The translations under genes and the position numbers were made by a program. Below are positions 1 to 8,995 of a stretch of 64,000 nucleotides of DNA, in pieces. The stretch's first letter is position 1; the number at the start of each line of letters is the position of its first letter. The notes beneath the pieces are model-generated. The model was not told where the DNA came from and did no database searches. It was given only the letters and a program-made list of their open reading frames with translations. Source of the stretch: a virus; the IMG/VR virus record IMGVR_UViG_3300005099_000065, positions 1 to 64,000 of that record, one strand, 5' to 3'.

Positions 1-5
1 GAATC

Positions 6-1283
6 TTGAAGCCTGGGGGAAAGTTGGTGTTTGAAGTACCCTCCACCAAAGGGGAAGGGGCTTACATTCCCGACCATCGCAATTTTTGGAACAAAACTGT
101 GGTGATGTTTTACACCCAACCACATCTGGCTCAAGGACGTCCATTGTTTGAATTGGAGGAGCTGGAAGAGCAAGTGAAAGGAGATTATTGCTATTTGAAA
201 GGAGTCATGAAGGCAGTGAAAGGATCTACTTCAGGAACTAGAAAATGCATAGATTCCCCACAAAGTCGCAAGCTTTACGAGCCAATTCAAAAGGGGATGC
301 AATTACCCAAACCACAGATGAAGGTTTACACAGAATTTTTTAACGTGGATGAATTGTGGGACAATTGGGCAAAGAAGCGCATTGAGGCTGGTCACAAGAT
401 AGCAGTGGAGAACAAGCTGAATGGTTTTCGTTGTTTTATACAGAAAAAAGGGAATCGGATTTCTTGCTTTTTTGAAGACAGCCAAAAGGAAAGAGATTTT
501 CCTGATTTGATCGAGCCTTTGAAAAAGATTCCTGATGATTTTGCTTTGGACACTAATGTAGGCATAAATGAAAAAGGAAAACCATTGCCCAGAATCATGC
601 TCATGAAACTGATAGGAGAAAATCCTAAGTTGGAAGAGGGTGAGGTGTTGGTTGCTACCATTTTTGATTTGCCTTATTGGAAGGAGGATTTAACCTCTCA
701 ACCTTTGAGCATCAGAAGGAAAAGGTTGGAAGAGTTTTACAATCGTTATTTGAAAGGCAATCCTCATTTTGAATTGTCTCAGCAAATGATAGTGGATTCT
801 AAACCCGAGTTGGAAAGGGCTTTCAAGAAGTTAGGCTTTTTACCTATGAGTGAGGGAATTGTGGCTAAGAATTTGGACAGTGGTTATCAATTCGGTCCCA
901 TGGCTGAGTGGGCTAAGATAAAACACATGGTGGAATTTAAGGCTATGGTTTACAAAGTGCAGCGCAATGCAAATGGTACATATTCATTTTGGTGTGGATT
1001 GTTGAAAGGAGACAGTCCTTATGTGAATACTATTGAATTTCAAGGTCAAGAATTGGTTGATATGGGCAAAACTTACAATGCTAAGTTTAAGGCAGAGCCA
1101 GGAGACATTATCACTGTGGAAGTGGAGGAGCTGATTCCAAAAGACACTCCCAAAGGTCCTGTTTTGGATTGGTTAGGGGCGTTACCTGTAGACATCGATA
1201 AGGAGAGAACCAAACCTTACTTTGCCAACCAATGTGTGGATTTGGCTAAGAGAGGTCATATATGGCAAGGGAAGGAAACCTAG
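6..1283 (+). CDS. ATP-dependent DNA ligase with an N-terminal remnant of a class I SAM methyltransferase domain; 5'-truncated by the window edge
   Basis: Ligase motifs I (KLNGFR), IIIa (IFDLPY), IV (EGIVAK) and V (WAKIK), plus an OB-like C-terminus. The first ~70 aa (ILKPGGKLVFEVP...PDHRNFWN) resemble the end of a methyltransferase domain. The frame is open to the window start. Confidence 0.85.
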   Translation: MKPGGKLVFEVPSTKGEGAYIPDHRNFWNKTVVMFYTQPHLAQGRPLFELEELEEQVKGDYCYLKGVMKAVKGSTSGTRKCIDSPQSRKLYEPIQKGMQLPKPQMKVYTEFFNVDELWDNWAKKRIEAGHKIAVENKLNGFRCFIQKKGNRISCFFEDSQKERDFPDLIEPLKKIPDDFALDTNVGINEKGKPLPRIMLMKLIGENPKLEEGEVLVATIFDLPYWKEDLTSQPLSIRRKRLEEFYNRYLKGNPHFELSQQMIVDSKPELERAFKKLGFLPMSEGIVAKNLDSGYQFGPMAEWAKIKHMVEFKAMVYKVQRNANGTYSFWCGLLKGDSPYVNTIEFQGQELVDMGKTYNAKFKAEPGDIITVEVEELIPKDTPKGPVLDWLGALPVDIDKERTKPYFANQCVDLAKRGHIWQGKET

Positions 1284-2068
1284 ATTATGCTTTCGGGGAT
1301 TCGGGCAGGTTTGTAGTACAAACACACGAAAGGTTTTTATTGGAATACCAAGTCAAGTACACTCATGACTTGGGATGGAAGCGGGTGTTTTTGTCTCCTT
1401 TCCAATTGAACATTTTGAGAACAATAGCTGATTTCAATTGGGATAGAATCAATGATCCTAAGATTCATGAAGACAAATCATTTATTCAAAGATTGAACAA
1501 GTTTGTGGAGGGCTTGGACATAGAGGATCTGAATGTGCAGCAACTCAAGGTTTTGGCTTTGGTCAATCCTGTGAGCATTCATACTGATATCAGATTTCAT
1601 CGTCTGCAACCAAAGCGAGATGATTATTTTGAAGGAGGAGAAATCTTCAAGCCAGGCAACCAGTTTCATGACAATCCATTGTTGGTGTTTGAGGAGGAGC
1701 AGCCTTTTCTTTTTGATTTCAAAAAAGGCAGAGAAAAGGAATTGGAGGCTGAGGAATCTAGAGAATTGGTTGAGGTGGTGAAGGGACCTTTGGATTGGAT
1801 GAAAATAGGCAAGGACAAGCCTTACATAGCCAGACCAGGCACTCCTGGAGCTGATGAAAAGCGTTGGGGCAGATTGACTATGAGAGATGAAGGCAAATGG
1901 TGGGCAGGAACTCAAGACCGTCACCACAAGGAGTTTTGGTTGGAGGGCAAATGGTTGAGAGGTTGTTATCAGTTCAATTATGTGCCCACAGGTCCTGGAG
2001 TGAGGCAATGGATGATGATAAAAGTGAAAAATCGAACCAAAGAACAAGTGTTGAGCAAACGAAAATGA
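1262..2068 (+). CDS. LigD-type 3'-phosphoesterase (PE) domain protein with an internal insertion
   Basis: FVVQTH...HTDIRF matches the LigD PE FVxQxH...HYDFRL metal-binding motif, split by ~85 aa. Later segments RDEGKW, EFWLEGKWLRGCYQF and WMMIK follow the PE pattern. Confidence 0.7.
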   Translation: MAREGNLDYAFGDSGRFVVQTHERFLLEYQVKYTHDLGWKRVFLSPFQLNILRTIADFNWDRINDPKIHEDKSFIQRLNKFVEGLDIEDLNVQQLKVLALVNPVSIHTDIRFHRLQPKRDDYFEGGEIFKPGNQFHDNPLLVFEEEQPFLFDFKKGREKELEAEESRELVEVVKGPLDWMKIGKDKPYIARPGTPGADEKRWGRLTMRDEGKWWAGTQDRHHKEFWLEGKWLRGCYQFNYVPTGPGVRQWMMIKVKNRTKEQVLSKRK

Positions 2069-2277
2069 AGTCCAAAATCAATTCTCCCCGTCTGAGTTTC
2101 ACTCATCATCTCTTGGGTCATCCCTGCTTGGTTTTGCCCAATGTAGGCACTTTTTGTTTGGCTGTTTATCATGAAATTCGTTGTGAAAGGTGTCATAAGT
2201 GTTTGGCTAAGCCTAGTGTCAGAGGAGTAGCAGGAGAAATCAAGTGTCCACGTTGCGGTCACATCAATAAATTCTAA
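2065..2277 (+). CDS. Mu Com-like zinc-ribbon protein
   Basis: EIRCERCHKCLAK...GEIKCPRCGHINKF; ATGA overlap with the upstream stop. Confidence 0.7.
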   Translation: MKSKINSPRLSFTHHLLGHPCLVLPNVGTFCLAVYHEIRCERCHKCLAKPSVRGVAGEIKCPRCGHINKF

Positions 2278-2281
2278 TCTG

Positions 2282-2321
2282 TTCATTTCATTTCATTTCA
2301 TTTCATTTCATTTCATTTCAT
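2282..2321. repeat. (TTCAT)8 microsatellite
   Basis: Eight perfect 5-bp units read directly. Confidence 0.95.
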
Positions 2322-2322
2322 G

Positions 2323-2350
2323 ATTGACCATCATTTTGTGTTTGGTCAAT
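2323..2350. promoter_or_regulatory. 8-bp inverted repeat ATTGACCA-N12-TGGTCAAT (terminator or operator) upstream of the capsid operon
   Basis: Inverted repeat followed by a T-rich run; TATAAT at 2384-2389. Confidence 0.4.
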
Positions 2351-2444
2351 TTGTGTTTTGATTTTGTATGTCTTCCATTCATTTATAATATTTAGTGTAG
2401 AGAGGTTCATGAAACCCAAATTCAAATGGAAGGAGGTGCGAAGT

Positions 2445-3245
2445 ATGGCTCATAATTTGAAAGATATGCCAGTTTGCAAAAAGGCAGGAACTGATGAATG
2501 TCCTATTGTGATCGAGTTGGGAGAAGAGGCAAAAGTGGAGTATGGCAAATATCCCGAGGTCATCAAAAAGAGGAAAGGTGAAGAACGTCAAAAGTTGAGA
2601 GAGCTGGCTAAAAAGTGTGAGCAGATGCTGAGCGGTCATGCGTGTCCATATTTGTTTGCTGAAAAGGGATATCAATACCCAGAGGATGAGGAGGAGAAAA
2701 AGAGGAAAAAGAAAGCTGCTGAGAAAGAAGGATATCAATACCCAGAAGACAAAAAGAAAAAAGCTGAGGAGGCGATTGATATGAAGAGATTAGAGGAAAT
2801 GGAAGAAAGAGTCAAAAAACTAGAAGAGCTCAACAAAGCATTAGCCGAAGCCAACAAACAACTTCAGGAGAAAATCAAGGAATCTGAACGCAAATTGTTT
2901 GAAGAACAAGTAAACAAAAAGTGCCAGGAGTATTTGGACAAAGGTTATTGGCCAGCAATGGTGGACAAAGTGAAAGAGATATTGCTCAACTCTCGTGATA
3001 TGGTTATCAAGCTCGAGGACAATGGTGAAGGTAAACCTATGATGGATGTGATTGATGAGTTACTTCAAACCATTCCTGAAAGCGTGTTGCTCAGCTATGA
3101 CGAAAGGACCCATTCTGAAACCACGAAGCCTGGCGAACCAGCTGGAATGACTTTGGAAGAGGTCGAGGAATGGGCAAAGAAAAATGGATTGAGTTTCGAA
3201 GAGGCTTGTGCCAGATTAGCCAAAGAAGGCAAAATTCAAGTTTAG
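2445..3245 (+). CDS. Putative capsid scaffolding protein
   Basis: Highly charged coiled-coil protein directly upstream of decoration and capsid genes; GGAGG RBS before ATG 2445; internal repeat GYQYPED x2. Confidence 0.65.
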   Translation: MAHNLKDMPVCKKAGTDECPIVIELGEEAKVEYGKYPEVIKKRKGEERQKLRELAKKCEQMLSGHACPYLFAEKGYQYPEDEEEKKRKKKAAEKEGYQYPEDKKKKAEEAIDMKRLEEMEERVKKLEELNKALAEANKQLQEKIKESERKLFEEQVNKKCQEYLDKGYWPAMVDKVKEILLNSRDMVIKLEDNGEGKPMMDVIDELLQTIPESVLLSYDERTHSETTKPGEPAGMTLEEVEEWAKKNGLSFEEACARLAKEGKIQV

Positions 3246-3261
3246 GAAGGAGGTGATATGA

Positions 3262-3861
3262 ATGAGCGGATTTGGGTATGGAGAAAATCCTGAGATTTTG
3301 AGAAGTCTAAAATGGATTGACGCTACAAACAAAGCCTTCAAACACCACGTGGTCAGGATGGCTATTGGGACAGCTGATGCTTGTGAATATCCCCACAATG
3401 CAAATGATTTGATTTTCGGAGTGCTTCAGGATGAAGGTACATTGAACAATTGGGTCGTGGTGGCTTGTGGAGGGGTGGCAAAAGTCATTTGCTCCAAGGC
3501 AGGAACAGTCAACAAAGGAGATCCCGTCATCTATGACCACGCAAACAGTGGCGGAACAGTGGGTAAGGTAAGAAGTGCATTTGTTTCTGGTGAGCATGTG
3601 TCTGGTACAGCTGGCTATGCAAGCTTATCTCACAAAGCTGTTCCAGGCTCAGTCAAAAAGGCTTCGGGTACAGGCACTCCAATTTATCTGACAGCTGAAG
3701 GCACATCTGTTTATTTCAGTGGCGCTTATGATTGCACTTTGGCTTACCAGATTGATCAGCCTGTGATTGGTTATGCTTTAGAGGATGCTACCACACCAAA
3801 TCAGGAATTTCGGGTATTAATTGCAAGAGAAAGACATATCAAAAATTCTAGTGTAGTGTAA
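3262..3861 (+). CDS. Capsid decoration/cement-like protein
   Basis: Lies between scaffold and MCP; GVLQ...VVVACGGVAKV...KGDPV...IGYALEDA pattern; 8 Gly-Thr dipeptides. Confidence 0.65.
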   Translation: MSGFGYGENPEILRSLKWIDATNKAFKHHVVRMAIGTADACEYPHNANDLIFGVLQDEGTLNNWVVVACGGVAKVICSKAGTVNKGDPVIYDHANSGGTVGKVRSAFVSGEHVSGTAGYASLSHKAVPGSVKKASGTGTPIYLTAEGTSVYFSGAYDCTLAYQIDQPVIGYALEDATTPNQEFRVLIARERHIKNSSVV

Positions 3862-3877
3862 AGGAGGTGAGAAAGTA

Positions 3878-4789
3878 ATGGCAATCACTGTACAGACAGG
3901 CAATATTCATACCAATGTATATTTGTCCAAAATCGCAATTCAGTATGGGCAAGACCAATTCTATTGGGACAGGTTGTTGCCACCTTTCCTCGTGCAAAGA
4001 GAGAGTGACAAGATAAAGGTTTACAAAAAGGACGGTTACTTCAAAGGTGCTCCAATTCGTGCTGATGGTGCTCCAGCTGAAGAAGCAAGCCTCAGCTATA
4101 GCTATGATACCTATACATGCAAAGAGAGGGCACTGAAGGATATCGTCACAGACCGTGCTGTAGCTAATGCAGACAATGTGTTTAATCTCAAAGCTGATGT
4201 TACAAAGTTTCTCACTTCTCGAATCAAGCTTGGGATGGAAATTGACGTAAAGGATGTAGTCACATCCAAAATCACCAATTCATCCACTCCTAGTACCAAA
4301 TGGGACGATGCTGCTAATGCAGATCCTCAGGGCGATATTAGAACAGCTAAAATGACTATTGCCAAAGCAATTGGTCGCATGCCCAATGTCATTTATATGA
4401 CTCCTGAAGTCGAAACTGCATTAGCGAAAACCAACCAAGTCAAAGAACTCATCAAGTATACTAGCCGAGAATTGTTAACCAAAGGTGGTTTACCTGCTCA
4501 ACTTTGGGATTTACAAGTGATTGTATGTCCAGCTGTTTACAACAAAGCAAAGGAAGGCTTGAGTGTGGATATGGACTTTGTTTGGGGCGACACAGTGGTA
4601 GTGGCTTATGTCAATCCTGCTGACACCGTAACACTAGGGCGTACGTTCATCCATTCCAAGAGAAACTTTTTGGTACAGACTTGGAGGGACGAAGAAAGAG
4701 AGGGTGAGTGGATTCGCTGCTTGTGTAATTATGACCCCAAGATTCTTTGTCCTGATGCAGGTTATCTTTTAACTAACGTGTTGAGCTAA
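3878..4789 (+). CDS. Major capsid protein (HK97 fold, phage capsid E-like)
   Basis: HTNVYLSKIAIQY...DRLLP..VQRESD N-terminus, PNVIYM motif, 303 aa, strong RBS, position in the head module. Confidence 0.85.
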   Translation: MAITVQTGNIHTNVYLSKIAIQYGQDQFYWDRLLPPFLVQRESDKIKVYKKDGYFKGAPIRADGAPAEEASLSYSYDTYTCKERALKDIVTDRAVANADNVFNLKADVTKFLTSRIKLGMEIDVKDVVTSKITNSSTPSTKWDDAANADPQGDIRTAKMTIAKAIGRMPNVIYMTPEVETALAKTNQVKELIKYTSRELLTKGGLPAQLWDLQVIVCPAVYNKAKEGLSVDMDFVWGDTVVVAYVNPADTVTLGRTFIHSKRNFLVQTWRDEEREGEWIRCLCNYDPKILCPDAGYLLTNVLS

Positions 4790-4826
4790 TACATTTGGTT
4801 GAGCTCCAAGAGAGCCTTTTTGGAGG

Positions 4827-5054
4827 TTGTGTATGTATGTGGAAGTGCTAAAATATTCAGTCACGTACCCTACAGGTCCCCAGCGTCCAGGGGACATTAT
4901 TGAATTAACGAGGAAGGAAGCCCGATATTACATGGAGTTGGGATGGGTGCGTCCCATTCATCGCAAGGATTTGAAGTTTAAAAAATCCAGACATATTTTA
5001 GAGGACAGAAATTTGGTCAAAGATTTAAGTGTGGCTAGAATGAGGAGAAGGTGA
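4827..5054 (+). CDS. Small basic hypothetical protein after MCP
   Basis: ORF with RBS, coupled to the next gene. Confidence 0.55.
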   Translation: MCMYVEVLKYSVTYPTGPQRPGDIIELTRKEARYYMELGWVRPIHRKDLKFKKSRHILEDRNLVKDLSVARMRRR

Positions 5055-5368
5055 TGGATAGCATAGGTTGGAGATTATACCATACAACTTTAATAAACAA
5101 TGGTACTAAAGTGATGGACGGCACTTGGGTGAGGGTGTCGGGTTTGCAAGAGATGGCGATCCACACCCAAATTGAGGGCACTTGTGTAGCCCAGATTAGA
5201 GGCAGCTGCGAAAGAAATTATCCTAACAATGATGGAGCTCAGATAGGCTCAAACATAACTTCAAGTGACATATATGAGTTGTATGCGCCTATTATGTGGG
5301 TAAAGGGCAAAGTGATAGCTGGTGGCGGGACTGTGAACATGTATTTGATGGGAAGAGCCCAATTATGA
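5051..5368 (+). CDS. Small beta-rich putative virion protein
   Basis: 105 aa, 4 Gly-Thr motifs, overlapping starts and stops with neighbours. Confidence 0.6.
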   Translation: MMDSIGWRLYHTTLINNGTKVMDGTWVRVSGLQEMAIHTQIEGTCVAQIRGSCERNYPNNDGAQIGSNITSSDIYELYAPIMWVKGKVIAGGGTVNMYLMGRAQL

Positions 5369-7494
5369 GTTTGAACAAATTTTTGTTTGGAGGAGGAATT
5401 AGTGGACCTCTAAAATCGATTGCTAACATACGTTTTGTTCAACCAGGGCAAACAATTCAAGATGTTTTAAATAGTATAGTAGATGCATCACAAACCAATC
5501 CTTATTTTGTAATTGTGCCTCCAACAAGAGAACGTCCTGCATACATTCCTAAAGACCATGTTTATATCTATAATACAAATCCTTGTGACTTTTATGTAGA
5601 TGCCACAAATGGGGACGATAACAATGATGGAACAATAGATGCACCTTTTAAAACAGTTGCAAAAATTAATAGTTTGGGGTTGTTACCAGGAGATAGGGTT
5701 TTGTTTAAGTGTAATGAGGAATGGATGGAGGAATTGACTATTTCGTATAGAGGGACAAAAGAACAACCAATAGTTTTCACTAGTTATGGAGCTGGATATT
5801 TGCCTACTATTACGGGGCTAACAACTACTGATTCAAGTCAATGGGAAAGTTACGATGGGAAATATAGATATCCGTACTCAAGTCCTGCTCCTAACGTGTT
5901 GGTAGAAGATGGTGTTTATATGTTTCAACGCAGCCCTAATTATGACGACCCGATAAACAGAGTGACAAATGCTGGTGATTGGGCAAGAACAGATGGATAT
6001 ATTTACTTTATTCCTACTTCAGACACTCCATCAAATCATGTAATTAGGATTGGACGACTGAATAGACCTGTTTATTTTAATCAAGCTAAATATATTATTT
6101 GGGATGGAATTAATGTGGAAGGTTGTAATCATATTGGGACTTATATTACAGAAATGGCTTGTTTTCTAGTCCAAGATTGTGAACATATCAAAATCAAAAA
6201 TTCACATGTTGCCTATTCTCAATGGTGTGGTTTATCAGTTTTAGGTTCAAAGCATATCAAAATTTTTAATATTAGTGCGAATTTTGTTGATTACAGAGGC
6301 ATAAGCATAGGTGCAGATTGTGAGGATGTTGAAGTAAAAGGCTGTTTTGAAGTAAATATAGGCTATAACGCACATGAAATGTGGGATGAACCTTATATCA
6401 AAGCTGATATGGAAGGAATTGCTGTATCTGCTTGGAGTTGTGATGATAGTAAATATTCTAAAAATCCGACAAAAGTTTATATAAGAGACAATTTTATTGA
6501 AAATTGTGGACATACCCATGCCTATGATTCAGGTAGAGGAAAAGGAATTGTAATTAATGAGGCAAAATTTGACAATGATGTAGAAATTATTATTGAGAAA
6601 AATTTAGTGCGTAAATGTTTTAGTGCAGGTATAAAGGTTGAAAGCACAGGTGGGAATGTAAAAGTGGTAGATAATATAACAGTTGAAAATGGTTGGGGTA
6701 ATAGTGTAGATGTGACAGATAGTTGGAAAAAAATGGGTGGAATAATCGTTCAAGCTAAAGATGGACAAACATTAAATGTCATTATTGCAAACAATTTAAG
6801 TGCTTATAATGAATGTCATAATACTAATGGATATTCTGGTAATTTGGTTATAAGTGCCAATAATGCTACTGTAAATGCTGTTGTCAAAAATAATATTTTG
6901 TCGATTTTTAAAACAGTTAGTAACACACAGTGTAGTTTTAATATAGTTAATCCAAATGGTGGAACAGTAAATCTGACTAGCGATTATAATTGCTTTTGGG
7001 AAGCGTCAGATACAACCGTATGTATCAATTATTTGGGCACAACTTATGATAGAGCGCATGTGAAAGGTTCAAGTAGTGGTTATTGGTCATATGATACAGG
7101 TAATGATAACAACTCGATTGTTTCTGACCCTTGCTTAGTCAAATTAGGAAACGGAAAATTTGCTTTAAGACACGACTCTCCTTGTATTGAAGCAGGAGTT
7201 TATATTGCAAGAATTACTAAGAAACTTAATCCCAATATAGCACCTTCATATTTGGAAATAATTAAGGAAAGGAGAGGCACAGCAACTATTACTTCAGGCA
7301 ATACTTATGTTGATGTAATGCATAATCTGAATGAAACACCAAATATTGAAGACATTGTCATAACACCAACAAACAATCTGGGTTCAGCTACAAAATTCTG
7401 GATTAGTGACGTAACTAACACTACTTTTAGAATAAATATAGATACAGACCCTGGAGCAAGTGGGGCTAGTTTTGTTTGGCAAATAAGGAGGTAA
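5365..7494 (+). CDS. Right-handed beta-helix (pectin-lyase-like) spike/appendage protein, possible depolymerase
   Basis: FYVDATNGDDNNDGTIDAPFKT motif, LLPGDRVLFK, Asn/Ile-rich parallel beta-helix repeats, C-terminal GTATITSGNTYVDVMHNL domain; ATGA overlap at 5365. Confidence 0.75.
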   Translation: MSLNKFLFGGGISGPLKSIANIRFVQPGQTIQDVLNSIVDASQTNPYFVIVPPTRERPAYIPKDHVYIYNTNPCDFYVDATNGDDNNDGTIDAPFKTVAKINSLGLLPGDRVLFKCNEEWMEELTISYRGTKEQPIVFTSYGAGYLPTITGLTTTDSSQWESYDGKYRYPYSSPAPNVLVEDGVYMFQRSPNYDDPINRVTNAGDWARTDGYIYFIPTSDTPSNHVIRIGRLNRPVYFNQAKYIIWDGINVEGCNHIGTYITEMACFLVQDCEHIKIKNSHVAYSQWCGLSVLGSKHIKIFNISANFVDYRGISIGADCEDVEVKGCFEVNIGYNAHEMWDEPYIKADMEGIAVSAWSCDDSKYSKNPTKVYIRDNFIENCGHTHAYDSGRGKGIVINEAKFDNDVEIIIEKNLVRKCFSAGIKVESTGGNVKVVDNITVENGWGNSVDVTDSWKKMGGIIVQAKDGQTLNVIIANNLSAYNECHNTNGYSGNLVISANNATVNAVVKNNILSIFKTVSNTQCSFNIVNPNGGTVNLTSDYNCFWEASDTTVCINYLGTTYDRAHVKGSSSGYWSYDTGNDNNSIVSDPCLVKLGNGKFALRHDSPCIEAGVYIARITKKLNPNIAPSYLEIIKERRGTATITSGNTYVDVMHNLNETPNIEDIVITPTNNLGSATKFWISDVTNTTFRINIDTDPGASGASFVWQIRR

Positions 7495-7496
7495 GA

Positions 7497-8066
7497 ATGA
7501 AAAAATTTTTGTTAATAATTATGCTACTTTTAATACCACTCATTGCTAAAGCTGAAATCCAATCCTTCAAATTCTGGATAGAAAACGACAATCTCAAAGG
7601 AAAAATCGCTACCACAGACAATTTTTTAGCCTATAACATTGGTTTTGACTCTGACAACAATCCTGAAACAGGATGTAGCGCTTGTGGCTATCCAGGGATT
7701 GATTATGAAATTTCTTTTGCTTATCAGGGAGGAAAATCCGACCCTGTGGTCTTATTCTGTGATTATTCAAACTGTTCTTGTAGTTCTTCAGACCCACTGA
7801 ATGAAAAGATAGAATGGAGTTTTGAACAGGATGGAAAAGTATTTAATTTTAGTATTCCATTAGAAACGATTTATAAAAACACATTTAAAATAAATATTTT
7901 TATTTCTTATCTACAAAAAATCATTGTTCCGGGGAATATGTTGGCAGATGACCATGTAATTGATTGCTTAAATTTAGACATAAGATGTGATTTTGATAAA
8001 GATTATGATGTTGATGGTTTGGATTTAACAATTTTCAGTAGTAATTTTGGTAAAAATTTTAGGTGA
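7497..8066 (+). CDS. Secreted protein with signal peptide and C-terminal dockerin/EF-hand-like motif
   Basis: MKKFLLIIMLLLIPLIAKA signal peptide; CDFDKDYDVDGLDLTIFSSNFG at the C-terminus; GGAGG RBS. Confidence 0.65.
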   Translation: MKKFLLIIMLLLIPLIAKAEIQSFKFWIENDNLKGKIATTDNFLAYNIGFDSDNNPETGCSACGYPGIDYEISFAYQGGKSDPVVLFCDYSNCSCSSSDPLNEKIEWSFEQDGKVFNFSIPLETIYKNTFKINIFISYLQKIIVPGNMLADDHVIDCLNLDIRCDFDKDYDVDGLDLTIFSSNFGKNFR

Positions 8067-8278
8067 GGCTTTTCCTTGTTAAAAAAGATAACTGGAGACT
8101 ATATATGGAGTATATTTCCGTGAGAATGTATGGACTTAAAGAAGAGAAAGTTTTAGAGCTTATTACTGAAGGAAGTAAAAAAGATTGTGAAAATACTATA
8201 CTTCTGTTGAAAAAGCACTTCTGCGTGGAGGTGGTAAGAGATGGCAGAACAAATGTTAGTAGGAAAATACATAGTTAA
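8063..8278 (+). CDS. Hypothetical protein
   Basis: ORF coupled to its neighbours. Confidence 0.45.
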   Translation: MRLFLVKKDNWRLYMEYISVRMYGLKEEKVLELITEGSKKDCENTILLLKKHFCVEVVRDGRTNVSRKIHS

Positions 8279-8705
8279 TTATGTTATTACTCAAGAAGGA
8301 CAAATGTATAGAGTAGATGCAGAAGTAGAAATTAGTCGTCAGATTTATAATGGAAATTGGTACTTTCCAGAAAGCCCTGATAATGACACTTTGTTCAATT
8401 ATTTCAAACAATGGATAGCTGGAATTGAAAAAGAATTGGAATACGAAGCAAATCCATTAAACCAAGACTTTTCTGCCGAGCTAGGAGATGAATTGAAAAG
8501 CATCATCATTGAAGCTGTAAAGTATGTAAGAAATTATCCAGATGTGGATGTGCAGGGTTTCAAAGAGTGGTATGACAAAAGATTTCCCATTTCTGTTTTC
8601 CATCCAGAGGCGCTAATGAATTGGTTGTTGAGAAGGTTGAATAAAAAAAGCTTTGATGAAGTAAAGGAGCATTTCATTAAAGCTAAATTTGTAGAACTTG
8701 ATTAG
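8241..8705 (+). CDS. Hypothetical protein
   Basis: GGAGG RBS, 154-aa ORF. Confidence 0.7.
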   Translation: MAEQMLVGKYIVNYVITQEGQMYRVDAEVEISRQIYNGNWYFPESPDNDTLFNYFKQWIAGIEKELEYEANPLNQDFSAELGDELKSIIIEAVKYVRNYPDVDVQGFKEWYDKRFPISVFHPEALMNWLLRRLNKKSFDEVKEHFIKAKFVELD

Positions 8706-8719
8706 ATAAGGAGGGAAAT

Positions 8720-8992
8720 ATGTTTGCTGATAAAGAACAAAATAAGCTACTTCTGAAGTATTTAAAAGAACTCTTTAAACCTGAAAGAATAAAGAATATT
8801 GATGTTGACTTTGTTGAAGGCGCCGATGATTTATTGCACATAAAGTTTGAATTTGATAATGGCGTTATTTTTGAGATAGAACAAGAAGAATATTGTGGCG
8901 AGACTGAACTTTGGATTCCAAAAAAGGAATTAATTGAGCGAGGGATTATAAGTGAAGAAGAATACGGAAAGGAGGGAATGCTTTATTTGTAA
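8720..8992 (+). CDS. Hypothetical acidic protein
   Basis: GGAGG RBS, 90-aa ORF. Confidence 0.65.
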   Translation: MFADKEQNKLLLKYLKELFKPERIKNIDVDFVEGADDLLHIKFEFDNGVIFEIEQEEYCGETELWIPKKELIERGIISEEEYGKEGMLYL

Positions 8993-8995
8993 AAG

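Noticed and set aside
2065-2277. Com-like gene as evidence of a Mu mom/com system
   Set aside because: No Mom-like gene is adjacent and Com-type zinc ribbons are common in phages; a link to the 52-58 kb cluster is unsupported.
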